Of a stretch of 33,926 bases of DNA, positions 16,429 to 23,595 are shown piece after piece. The number at the start of each line of letters is the position of its first letter. Position 1 is the first letter of the stretch. Below the pieces are notes generated by a model. The model searched no databases. It saw only the letters and a list, made by a program, of their open reading frames with translations, and was not told the origin of the DNA. Made by a program: the position numbers and the translations under genes. This stretch comes from a virus (Duplodnaviria > Caudoviricetes), in IMG/VR virus record IMGVR_UViG_3300043449_000258, positions 1 through 33,926 of that record; one strand, given 5' to 3'.

Positions 16429-16467
16429 ATGTGACAAAAATTGTCACAATGTGACAAAAATTGTCAC
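16429..16467. repeat. Tandem 20-bp repeat of the palindrome TGTGACAA-AAA-TTGTCAC(A)
   Basis: ATGTGACAAAAATTGTCACA followed by ATGTGACAAAAATTGTCAC; four alternating GTGACAA half-sites. Confidence 0.9.
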
Positions 16468-16547
16468 TTTCTGACCAAAAAAAAGACATTTGAAGAGCGA
16501 TTGGATGCTAACTCACCTACTTAACTCCCATATTTAATAACATACCT

Positions 16548-16805
16548 CTAGAACCCTCCAGAACGCTCACCATCGCGTTCATCTGACTCCACCGTAGTCA
16601 TGCCTACCTGTATGCTCTCCAGCCCCATGTATGGCCTATAACCGAGGTTGTGGGCATGGCTATAAAGGTTCAGCACTACCAGGAACCCTGCCGAGATGTC
16701 GCCTTCACCGGCAGCCAGCAGAATCTGCCTCTCTGCATCTTTAAGAGTTCGCTGAAAGTACTTTGTGTTGAGTAGTGCTGGCCTGCCAACTCCGTCAATC
16801 GCCAT
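16548..16805 (-). CDS. Hypothetical protein
   Basis: 85 aa, TAATG-coupled; last gene before the non-coding control region. Confidence 0.65.
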   Translation of the reverse strand: MAIDGVGRPALLNTKYFQRTLKDAERQILLAAGEGDISAGFLVVLNLYSHAHNLGYRPYMGLESIQVGMTTVESDERDGERSGGF

Positions 16806-17113
16806 TACGACAAATCCACAATTCTCTGAACATACCGGCCACGCGCATTCTTTCTCCAGCCATGCACTTCAATCCTCACTCCAGCTTCCCTGACCCTGCC
16901 GACTGTTTCAGATGCCGCTACCTTGGCAACTCTATTTGCCACCCCTTCACTTGTCACCTGCACAGCAAGCACCTCGTCTCTCCGGATCGCCAACAAGTCT
17001 GCCCATCCCCAAAGGTCTTTACGGGTTCTTGTGAAGCTGTTCCACTTTTCCACGACTTCCACCAGGTAACCCAATTCCCTGAGAGCTTTCAAACTTCTTT
17101 GTGTCGGCGTCAT
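16805..17113 (-). CDS. PD-(D/E)xK-fold nuclease (resolvase/VRR-NUC-like)
   Basis: LRELGYLVEVVE...DLWGWADLLAI...VLAVQVT pattern; AAGGGAG SD. Confidence 0.65.
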   Translation of the reverse strand: MTPTQRSLKALRELGYLVEVVEKWNSFTRTRKDLWGWADLLAIRRDEVLAVQVTSEGVANRVAKVAASETVGRVREAGVRIEVHGWRKNARGRYVQRIVDLS

Positions 17114-17237
17114 TGGAAAACTCCCTTTCTATTTTTCCTGCGAGTTTCTTTTCTTTCTGCGTTTTGTTTCGCAATGCACGTTTAATCCCCAATTCTATTA
17201 CGTGGTCTGCGTAACTTCCTCTGAATCCTGCGGGCAT
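17019..17237 (-). CDS. Possible small basic protein overlapping both neighbours
   Basis: ATG 17237 has an AAGGA SD and fills an 84-nt gap, but the ORF overlaps the next gene by 95 nt. Confidence 0.35.
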   Translation of the reverse strand: MPAGFRGSYADHVIELGIKRALRNKTQKEKKLAGKIEREFSNDADTKKFESSQGIGLPGGSRGKVEQLHKNP

Positions 17238-17509
17238 ATTAAATCCTTGGTTTTTAACAATAATTCCCATTCTGTTCCATATCGCGCTTCAAATTCTCGT
17301 CGGAACGGGTGCCTGGACACCGCAATAGCATTTCGGATACCCGACTCATGGTGAGTTGGGCAAAGACCAATTGTATTTAAATGCCCTGACCTTTTCCCAT
17401 TTACAAGAATGTGATGCACATGACACGGCACAAATCCATGCTCATCGAGACAGACAATGCAGCCAAGATCAGCGACCGCGGCCATCCACTTTTTTTCTTC
17501 TTTCGTCAA
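17198..17509 (-). CDS. Ref-like / DUF968-type HNH recombination nuclease
   Basis: VADLGCIVC...HVHHI...TIGLCPTHH...FEARYGTE motif. Confidence 0.7.
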   Translation of the reverse strand: MTKEEKKWMAAVADLGCIVCLDEHGFVPCHVHHILVNGKRSGHLNTIGLCPTHHESGIRNAIAVSRHPFRREFEARYGTEWELLLKTKDLICPQDSEEVTQTT

Positions 17510-17832
17510 AATTCCTCCGGTGCCGGTACTTTAATTCCCGCATGATGACTTTCCGCATTCAGCCAGTCCAACCATTCTCCGAACTTTGTTTTTCCATACC
17601 GGCTGGTTCTTCGGCCGAGCATTACCATTCCACCATGTAATCCCGGCGTAATTCTAGGGTTTACATCGTTTTCAAAGGCCGCCGTGAGAATATCCTTCCA
17701 TTCCTCCGCTGAAATATCGCTGAGGATGCCGTTAATGGGCCACTGGCGCTGTTCTGACCACGCCTTGAGGATTGGCCATTGCGCGGCGTTTGCAGACGCG
17801 CTACGGCGTTCCTCGCAGGTTTGGCAGATCAT
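17506..17832 (-). CDS. ninB: NinB-family recombination protein (short N-terminus)
   Basis: RSASANAAQW...SAEEWKDILTAA...PGLHGGMVMLGRRTSR motif. Confidence 0.7.
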   Translation of the reverse strand: MICQTCEERRSASANAAQWPILKAWSEQRQWPINGILSDISAEEWKDILTAAFENDVNPRITPGLHGGMVMLGRRTSRYGKTKFGEWLDWLNAESHHAGIKVPAPEEF

Positions 17833-18449
17833 GGTGTCATTGCCTTTTCAACCGGCCAGCCAGAAACGATGCGGTTACGCAATTTTGACTTTTCTATTCC
17901 AGTCTCAATCGCCCATTCGGTTATCGTTTTAATCGCTCCGCGCCATTCAACGAGATGGTTGTTTCTTTTGTTCCTGGCCTGTTGCGTAAAAGACTCCCAT
18001 TGGCAGTTATCCGGCCCATAACCAAAATTGTTGTCTTTTCGTCCTAAAGTCATTCGTTCCGGCTTTATTCCCATGTCTGCGCGAAACTTAGCGAACGAGT
18101 ATTTCCATGTCGCGCATACAATAATACCTCGGCCACCATAGTGCGCGTAATCGCGCCTTTTTTGGTTGTAGCAACGCCACAGCATGGATTGCCAAGAAAT
18201 GTACGTGCGATATTCCGGTGAATTGTTTTTGACGCTACAGCCGTGAGTTGTCCGCGCCTCCCTCAACAGCCCAATTTTCTTGCAGCCGCAGGACTTGGTG
18301 GGCCGTTTTGCCCCATGAAGCTGCGAATGCTGAACGTACTTTTGCGTTCCACACTCGCAAAGCACAACCCACATTCCGCGACCGTTAACCATTTCCTTCC
18401 GAATAACTTGCAAAAAGCCAAAAGTCATGCCGGGTTCAATTGCAGACAT
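17829..18449 (-). CDS. HNH-type homing endonuclease
   Basis: GMTFGFLQVI...CECG...TKSCGC...WQSMLWRC...YGGRGIIVC...DNNFGYGPDNCQW...QQARNKRNN. Confidence 0.8.
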   Translation of the reverse strand: MSAIEPGMTFGFLQVIRKEMVNGRGMWVVLCECGTQKYVQHSQLHGAKRPTKSCGCKKIGLLREARTTHGCSVKNNSPEYRTYISWQSMLWRCYNQKRRDYAHYGGRGIIVCATWKYSFAKFRADMGIKPERMTLGRKDNNFGYGPDNCQWESFTQQARNKRNNHLVEWRGAIKTITEWAIETGIEKSKLRNRIVSGWPVEKAMTP

Positions 18450-18799
18450 TATTTTGCCTCCATCGTTTTTCCAGCAAAGCCTTTAAAAGCGGTTTTAACA
18501 AAGTGTCTCATCCGCTTGATGTGTTGCTCAGAAGTCTCGCCGTGGCTGCGATCCATTCCCCACCCGGCAAGGTTTGACAATGCTTGGTCAGTAAAATGCG
18601 CATCGTAATGTTGCTGGCACAGGTTTGCAAATCCTGTTGTTTTCAAAATCTTGTAAAGCGCCGAAGTCTTGCAACCTTTACCCGAACATAAAACATGAGC
18701 GTCGGCATGGTATTGCTCTGACGTATCTGCTCGTTTCTTCCAGCCGCAGCCGCAATACCGACCGTTATTGATCTCAGACCGACATTTAGGACACTGCAT
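18449..18799 (-). CDS. Zinc-finger hypothetical protein, 116 aa
   Basis: CPKC...CGC and CSGKGC...CQQH; start placed at ATG 18799 (GGGAG SD). Confidence 0.6.
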   Translation of the reverse strand: MQCPKCRSEINNGRYCGCGWKKRADTSEQYHADAHVLCSGKGCKTSALYKILKTTGFANLCQQHYDAHFTDQALSNLAGWGMDRSHGETSEQHIKRMRHFVKTAFKGFAGKTMEAK

Positions 18800-19514
18800 T
18801 GATTTCTCCCAGGTATTGTTCAAATTTCGTTGAATTAAATAAGGTTGCTGGCCGCAGGTATTCAGACATCACCGGGTCTTTGCCCCATTGTTCGCACTTG
18901 TTGAAGATCACCTCGCGGCATTGCAAGTCAGTAGCACCGGACTTCAGCCGCGCTGCGATGAGCTTAAGATTGCTATCAACTGGTCTGTAATTGCGCTGCG
19001 TGTTCGCATTCAGGTATTCAAGAATTTCGATTGCTTGTGATTTAAATTGATCCGATGCGTCGGGCTTGCCCGACAATGTAGTTGATGTTTTATTTAGGTT
19101 TATAGGTTCTTTGGTTGTTAGGTTAATAGGTTCTTTGGTTAGCATACCGTCCGCATCATCATCGCAATGCGGTGGCAATGCGTTCGCATCTGGTAAGTCT
19201 TTGATTTTATTCCATCTTGTTTTTGCGCTATCAGTTGCCTTGCTAGACTTGTCTTTGTACCTAGAAATTTCAAAGTCGCACCGTTTGTGAAAATACTTGC
19301 CCTTGCGTTCATGAAAAAAGTCAGCAAGAACACGTTTGTATGCTTGCTCCTCTTCCGCACTGCGAACGCATACCAATCGCATCGCAGACGCATCTAGCGG
19401 CTTTTCAGTGATGTAATAAAGGTCGATCAGTTGTCGGTAGATTCCGTGTTCCAGCAGGGTTAGATGCCCTGTGTCGCGGCGGTAATCGCCTATGTGATGC
19501 TGAAAATAAAACAC
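18786..19514 (-). CDS. Replication initiator (DUF1376/YdaU N-domain + Phg_2220_C-like C-domain)
   Basis: YFQHHIGDYRRDTGHLTLLEHGIYRQLIDLYY; C-terminal ILEYLN...YLRPATLF...KFEQYL; GTG start with AAGGAG SD. Confidence 0.8.
   Translation of the reverse strand: MFYFQHHIGDYRRDTGHLTLLEHGIYRQLIDLYYITEKPLDASAMRLVCVRSAEEEQAYKRVLADFFHERKGKYFHKRCDFEISRYKDKSSKATDSAKTRWNKIKDLPDANALPPHCDDDADGMLTKEPINLTTKEPINLNKTSTTLSGKPDASDQFKSQAIEILEYLNANTQRNYRPVDSNLKLIAARLKSGATDLQCREVIFNKCEQWGKDPVMSEYLRPATLFNSTKFEQYLGEINAVS
19094..19140. repeat. Iteron-like tandem repeat inside the initiator gene (candidate origin)
   Basis: TTAGGTTWATAGGTTCTTTGGTT x2 with period 24; GGTT six times at 8-nt spacing. Confidence 0.6.
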
Positions 19515-19616
19515 AACAGTCTCCTTTGGTGCTGGTCTATCCGGTGAGTTTCCGGAGCATCAGCACCCATTGCGGGTTTAATAACGGTCAGATAGACCAG
19601 CCCAAAAGAGACTGTT
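19515..19616 (-). ncRNA. Structured cis-regulatory RNA leader of the initiator gene
   Basis: 26-bp outer stem (one G-U, one bulge) enclosing small internal hairpins; the 3' arm contains the SD. Confidence 0.65.
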
Positions 19617-19655
19617 TTACCTGATACTCTATGCGCTTCTCACAACGCAAATAAA

Positions 19656-19895
19656 TCATAAAGCGTTTTTTTGCCTTTGTAAAGCAATCATTTCCTGCCG
19701 CAACTCCTGCCGCGCCGCCTCACCACGTTTCTTGCCAATGGCTTCCAGGTAATCGCGTTTTTCATCATTCGGCTTTGTCAGCACATGCCGAGCTTCGCAC
19801 TCAAACCGCCAGCACTCGCAGGATGAGCAGACAATGCGACCGTCGCGCAGGGTCACTGGCGAGGTTTCGATCAAGTTGCAGCCGAGGCAGTCCAT
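19656..19895 (-). CDS. Conserved small phage protein
   Basis: 79 aa, CLGC...CSSC..WRFECEARHVL...RDYLEAIGKKRG. Confidence 0.65.
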   Translation of the reverse strand: MDCLGCNLIETSPVTLRDGRIVCSSCECWRFECEARHVLTKPNDEKRDYLEAIGKKRGEAARQELRQEMIALQRQKNAL

Positions 19896-20089
19896 GATTT
19901 TCCAAACAAAACCACGTGGCAGGAATGATGCAAACTGCTGTTTGCGCGCTCGTTTTGTTTCCGCACTAAATACTGTATCCCGCCGGGTGTTGCGCGTTTA
20001 ATTTCCATCATGGTGTATTCCTCATTTGTGCGTATTAGCAGGAATCTATGCCCCACTGGAACGTGTCTTACGCATATTTGTGTGTTCAT
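19871..20089 (-). CDS. Hypothetical protein, 72 aa
   Basis: Start placed at ATG 20089 (ATGA overlap, GAGGA SD). Confidence 0.55.
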   Translation of the reverse strand: MNTQICVRHVPVGHRFLLIRTNEEYTMMEIKRATPGGIQYLVRKQNERANSSLHHSCHVVLFGKSWTASAAT

Positions 20090-20259
20090 CTCGTTATCCT
20101 CGTCCGATACTCGCACCAGTCGCGCACTGTCCACATCGAAACATGATAGATCGCTGCAATGATGCTATACGGCTTGCCGAACCGCTGCCGCTGGTGGCGG
20201 GCTTCCTGCACGATCGTAAAAGGTATTTTTGCTTTGTGATGCATCATTGTTTTTTGCAT
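20086..20259 (-). CDS. Small HTH protein, 57 aa (CII position)
   Basis: Read manually: MQKTMMHHKAKIPFTIVQEARHQRQRFGKPYSIIAAIYHVSMWTVRDWCEYRTRITR; HTH pattern YSIIAAIYHVSMWTVRDW. Confidence 0.65.
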   Translation of the reverse strand: MQKTMMHHKAKIPFTIVQEARHQRQRFGKPYSIIAAIYHVSMWTVRDWCEYRTRITR

Positions 20260-20265
20260 GACTTG

Positions 20266-20469
20266 TCACGTGACAACTGATTTGTCACGACCTGTTGCAT
20301 ATAGTGCCTCGTCGATCTTCAGTACCCCGTTTGTCAATCTGTCGATGCGCCACGCCTGCTTTTGCGGAATGATTGATTTCCACGCTTGAACAGCTTGAGT
20401 TGATAGCCCCAAAGCCTCCGCAGTCGCTCGTTTTCCACCGAAATGCGTCAAAACGTCGTTAGTTTTCAT
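20266..20469 (-). CDS. cro: Cro-like transcriptional regulator, 67 aa
   Basis: MKTNDVLTHFGGKRATAEALGLSTQAVQAW...IPQKQAWRIDRLTNGVLK (P22/N15 Cro, YdaS-like); first gene of the leftward unit. Confidence 0.8.
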   Translation of the reverse strand: MKTNDVLTHFGGKRATAEALGLSTQAVQAWKSIIPQKQAWRIDRLTNGVLKIDEALYATGRDKSVVT

Positions 20470-20503
20470 ACGTAACCCTTTGATTATGTTGAGGAATAAA
20501 TAT

Positions 20504-20555
20504 ATCTTAATTATTTGCAAATAAATGTTGCAAATGTTTATGAACGCATTATAAT
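20504..20555. promoter_or_regulatory. Divergent sigma70 promoters with palindromic operator candidate
   Basis: Rightward TTGCAA(20528-33)-N16-TATAAT(20550-55); leftward TTGCAA-N18-TAAGAT; perfect palindrome TTATTTGCAAATAA at 20511-20524. Confidence 0.7.
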
Positions 20556-20602
20556 CCTTTACATACCCGCTTGCAAACGAACCACCAACCAGGAGCAACA
20601 AA

Positions 20603-20791
20603 ATGAACGACTTTCTAATCATCCACGCAGAATTTTCCGCAACAGAATTTACGATTGAACCGGCAAGCGAGAAAGGCATAAAAGAATTTCATCGCAGGTT
20701 TGGAGAAAGCTGTATTTCTGTCAACGTTAAAAAATCGCATCTTCCGCATTACGTCGGAGAAATAAAACGCGCTGGATTTTTGATTGCCTGA
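20603..20791 (+). CDS. Early hypothetical protein
   Basis: 62 aa, AGGAG SD, first gene after the rightward promoter. Confidence 0.7.
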   Translation: MNDFLIIHAEFSATEFTIEPASEKGIKEFHRRFGESCISVNVKKSHLPHYVGEIKRAGFLIA

Positions 20792-20862
20792 TTCTCCTGC
20801 CCCTGCCCACGCGGGGGCTTCGGAATACGCCGCCAGAGCGCGTCTGGCAAATAAAAGGAGAA
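20792..20862 (+). promoter_or_regulatory. Two-hairpin RNA element closed by an anti-SD/SD helix
   Basis: GCCCCTGC-CCAC-GCGGGGGC and GCCAGA-GCGCG-TCTGGC; TTCTCCT(20792-98) is complementary to AGGAGAA(20856-62). Confidence 0.5.
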
Positions 20863-20867
20863 GCAAA

Positions 20868-21287
20868 ATGAAAATCAAAATAGTAGAAGCAAATCGCCGC
20901 GCCATCAACATCCTGCTGGGCGAAATCAACGGAAAGTCAATGTCGCATACAGCCCACGACAAGCATGTTTTTGAACTCGCTGAACTGATGGAAATGAAGC
21001 TGGAAAAATTCGGCATTCCTAAAAAAGATCGCAACGGTGCGAAAGCATCGGGGATGTCCGGTGGCAATGTGCCGAGTGCTTACAAATATTCGCGCATCGT
21101 CAACACTTACCAAATCAGTCGCGGAACATCAGATTGGTTTTTGATTGACGCGCAACGCACTGAAGTTTGGGGCAATGCAGACAAAGATCAGCTCAGTTTG
21201 ACACCTTCTCACCGGGATATTGCGGTCAGTAAATTCACGAAGCAGTTTTCGGTGCAACCTGCTGTTGAACTTGCTGTAGCGGCGTAA
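20868..21287 (+). CDS. Early hypothetical protein, 139 aa
   Basis: Start placed at ATG 20868 (AAGGAG SD). Confidence 0.75.
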   Translation: MKIKIVEANRRAINILLGEINGKSMSHTAHDKHVFELAELMEMKLEKFGIPKKDRNGAKASGMSGGNVPSAYKYSRIVNTYQISRGTSDWFLIDAQRTEVWGNADKDQLSLTPSHRDIAVSKFTKQFSVQPAVELAVAA

Positions 21288-21323
21288 GACTTGCACCCGA
21301 CTTATAAAAAAAGGAGAACGAAA

Positions 21324-21482
21324 ATGCAATTATCAGATGCAATTGAGCATGACCTAGCAACACTTGGCTGGAACGCACAGCCCGATGGCTGGCAATGGTG
21401 CGACTACGGTTTTGTGTGCGCTTGGGTCGATCCCGAAGCCGTGGAGTTAATCGAAGGGCGTATTGAATGGGAGAAAGCATGA
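21324..21482 (+). CDS. Early hypothetical protein, 52 aa
   Basis: ATG 21324 with AAGGAG SD; Trp-rich. Confidence 0.65.
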   Translation: MQLSDAIEHDLATLGWNAQPDGWQWCDYGFVCAWVDPEAVELIEGRIEWEKA

Positions 21483-21655
21483 ACGCAAACGCGCAACTCA
21501 GAATTAGTGAGGCAGTAGCAAAGGCAAAAAACGCAATGCTTGAAGCTGCAAGGATTGCTCAAGAACAGCCACGGTCTTTAGGAATTTGGAAGAAGCTGGA
21601 CAAGATGACTGGCAAGATCGAGGCGCTACAACGCACAGTATGGGGTGTGAAATGA
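21479..21655 (+). CDS. Early helical hypothetical protein, 58 aa
   Basis: ATGA-coupled, GGGAG SD. Confidence 0.6.
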   Translation: MNANAQLRISEAVAKAKNAMLEAARIAQEQPRSLGIWKKLDKMTGKIEALQRTVWGVK

Positions 21656-22011
21656 ACGAACGCTGCATGTGCGGTGCTACGGATTGCCCGCGTTGCTACC
21701 CCGGCCAATCTGCAAAGCCCACGGCTCGGCACTACGAACTCGCTTTAGAGTCAGTAGTTGAAACCGTGATGGACTACGGCCAGTGGCCGCACAAAGGCAA
21801 AGCAGAATTTGATTTATACGATTACCTGCTGGAAGAACGCGATCCGTCCTACGCCCACGAAATGTATGTCGCGTCCATGTCATCCAACACCCGCGCTTTC
21901 GAGGATCGCATCGAGCGCGAGCGCAAGACAGTAACCTTAATGTTGGAAAAGCACCTGAAAAATTCAGATTTTGTGGCAGAACTTGCCGCCGAATATGCGG
22001 GGGAAGAATGA
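21652..22011 (+). CDS. Hypothetical protein with N-terminal CMCGATDCPRC zinc motif, 119 aa
   Basis: ATGA-coupled start at 21652. Confidence 0.7.
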   Translation: MNERCMCGATDCPRCYPGQSAKPTARHYELALESVVETVMDYGQWPHKGKAEFDLYDYLLEERDPSYAHEMYVASMSSNTRAFEDRIERERKTVTLMLEKHLKNSDFVAELAAEYAGEE

Positions 22012-22094
22012 GCATCTCTGAAGTTTGTTTTTATATTTGCGTCGTCGGCGCAATCGTGTGTTTTTCAATCTTAATTTGGGGCAACAATGAATAA
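22008..22094 (+). CDS. 28-aa single-TM membrane peptide
   Basis: MSISEVCFYICVVGAIVCFSILIWGNNE; ATGA-coupled and overlaps the erf start. Confidence 0.5.
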   Translation: MSISEVCFYICVVGAIVCFSILIWGNNE

Positions 22095-22668
22095 ATCAGA
22101 AAGTATTGCAGGACTGGCGGCAGCACTGGCGGCGGCGCAAGGCGTGATGAAAGGCGCACTTAAAGACTCTGCAAACCCGTTTTTCAAGAGTCGGTATGCT
22201 GACCTTTCCAGCGTCGTGGAAGCCATCCGCGCAGCGTTTAGCGCAAACGGCCTGTCCTACATCCAGACCTTAGAGCCAAGCGACAAAGACGAAGTGCGCG
22301 TCGAAACGACCTTGCTGCACTCATCCGGTGAGTGGATTTCCTGCGGTATCCTGTCTCTGCCGGTGAGCAAAGTCGATGCCCAAGGTTACGGCTCGGCACT
22401 TACCTATGCTCGCCGTTACAGCCTGTCTGCCGCCGTTGGAGTGGCACCAGAGGACGACGATGGCAACGCAGCCAGCCTTGCAAAGCCGAAGCCGACGATG
22501 GATTGCACAGACCACATCAGCGCATTCCACGCCGCGGCAACGCTTGATGACCTGCAAACAGCCTTCAAAACGGCCTACAAAGAGGCTCAGACGCTGCAAG
22601 ACTCGATGGCAATGGCAACGCTCACAAACGCTAAAAACAAGCGCAAAACCGAACTGGCGGTGGCATGA
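22087..22668 (+). CDS. erf: ERF-family single-strand annealing protein
   Basis: KDSANPFFKSRYADL...ETTLLHSSGEW...QGYGSALTYARRYSLSAAVGVAPEDDDG signature. Confidence 0.92.
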   Translation: MNKSESIAGLAAALAAAQGVMKGALKDSANPFFKSRYADLSSVVEAIRAAFSANGLSYIQTLEPSDKDEVRVETTLLHSSGEWISCGILSLPVSKVDAQGYGSALTYARRYSLSAAVGVAPEDDDGNAASLAKPKPTMDCTDHISAFHAAATLDDLQTAFKTAYKEAQTLQDSMAMATLTNAKNKRKTELAVA

Positions 22669-23279
22669 AAATCATTGATGCGGTTCAGGGAACGCCGGAA
22701 TGGCTCGCAGCCCGCGCCGGACGGGTTACGGCCAGCATGATTTCTGCTGTGCTGATGAAGCCGGAAACGGCTGGATTTCGGGACTACCAGGCACAGCTCG
22801 TCGCAGAAATCCTGACCGGCAAGCCTCAAGGGTCGGATTACACAAACGCGGCGATGCAGTTTGGCACCGAGACAGAGCCGCTTGCACGAAGCGCCTACGA
22901 AGCCGAGACAGGGTTTAGTGTTGATGAGGTGGGGTTATGTATCCACGAGACCATTGACCGCGCTGGCGCCAGTCCTGACGGTCTTGTAGGCAATTCGGGA
23001 TTGGTAGAGATCAAGTGTCCGAAGGTTGCAACGCACCTTGCTTATCAGATTGCCGGAGTAGTCCCGTCAGGATACAAGAACCAGATGATGTGGCAGATGG
23101 CTTGCACCGGCAGGGACTGGTGCGATTTCGTCAGCTTTAGACCTGACTTGCCGGAACATTTACAATTGTTCGTTGTTCGTTTTAAACGCGATCCAGCGCG
23201 TATTCTTGAACTGGAAACTGCGGTTGTCGCCTTTTTGGACACCGTGGACAAAATGTTATCTCAACTCAAAAAGGTATAA
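22665..23279 (+). CDS. YqaJ / lambda-exonuclease family recombination exonuclease
   Basis: QGTPEWLAARAGRVTAS, GASPDGLVG, VEIKCP, QMMWQM, WCDFVSF motifs. Confidence 0.92.
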   Translation: MKIIDAVQGTPEWLAARAGRVTASMISAVLMKPETAGFRDYQAQLVAEILTGKPQGSDYTNAAMQFGTETEPLARSAYEAETGFSVDEVGLCIHETIDRAGASPDGLVGNSGLVEIKCPKVATHLAYQIAGVVPSGYKNQMMWQMACTGRDWCDFVSFRPDLPEHLQLFVVRFKRDPARILELETAVVAFLDTVDKMLSQLKKV

Positions 23280-23281
23280 AC

Positions 23282-23587
23282 ATGCACATTTCTATAGTTT
23301 GGCACGACCGTAGCTTTAACATCAACCTGCATTCGTCAGAAGGCAAAGATGCGTTTCTGGAGTTGAAAGGCTGTCGAATCCAGCAGTCCCAGAAAGGTGA
23401 GTTTGTCTCGATGCCAAGCACCAAAAATGCGGCCACAGGAAAATACTGGAATCACGCCTACATCAACGCTGCGTTTCAGGCGAAAGTTTTGGAGTTGGCA
23501 AAAGCAGCGCAGCCGGTCGAGCAAAAAATAGAACCTAAAAAAGAGCTTAAAACATTTGCCGACATTGACGACGACATAGCATTTTAG
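23282..23587 (+). CDS. SpoVG-like putative ssDNA-binding protein with acidic SSB-type tail
   Basis: LKGCRIQQSQKGEFVSMPS...GKYW; C-terminus DIDDDIAF; follows erf-exo. Confidence 0.65.
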   Translation: MHISIVWHDRSFNINLHSSEGKDAFLELKGCRIQQSQKGEFVSMPSTKNAATGKYWNHAYINAAFQAKVLELAKAAQPVEQKIEPKKELKTFADIDDDIAF

Positions 23588-23595
23588 GAGCCAAA

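Noticed and set aside
16430-16448. CRP site (TGTGA...TCACA)
   Set aside because: The spacer is 9 bp, not the 6 bp CRP requires.
16429-16467. CRISPR mini-array
   Set aside because: Two directly abutting repeats with no spacer, and no cas genes.
19515-19616. tRNA gene or simple terminator
   Set aside because: No T-loop GTTC or D-loop consensus, the stem is far longer than an acceptor stem, and its 3' end runs straight into a start codon.
20470-20679. 70-aa N-terminal extension of Cro in the ORF track
   Set aside because: It spans the AT-rich divergent promoter and overlaps the opposite-strand gene; Cro similarity starts at ATG 20469.
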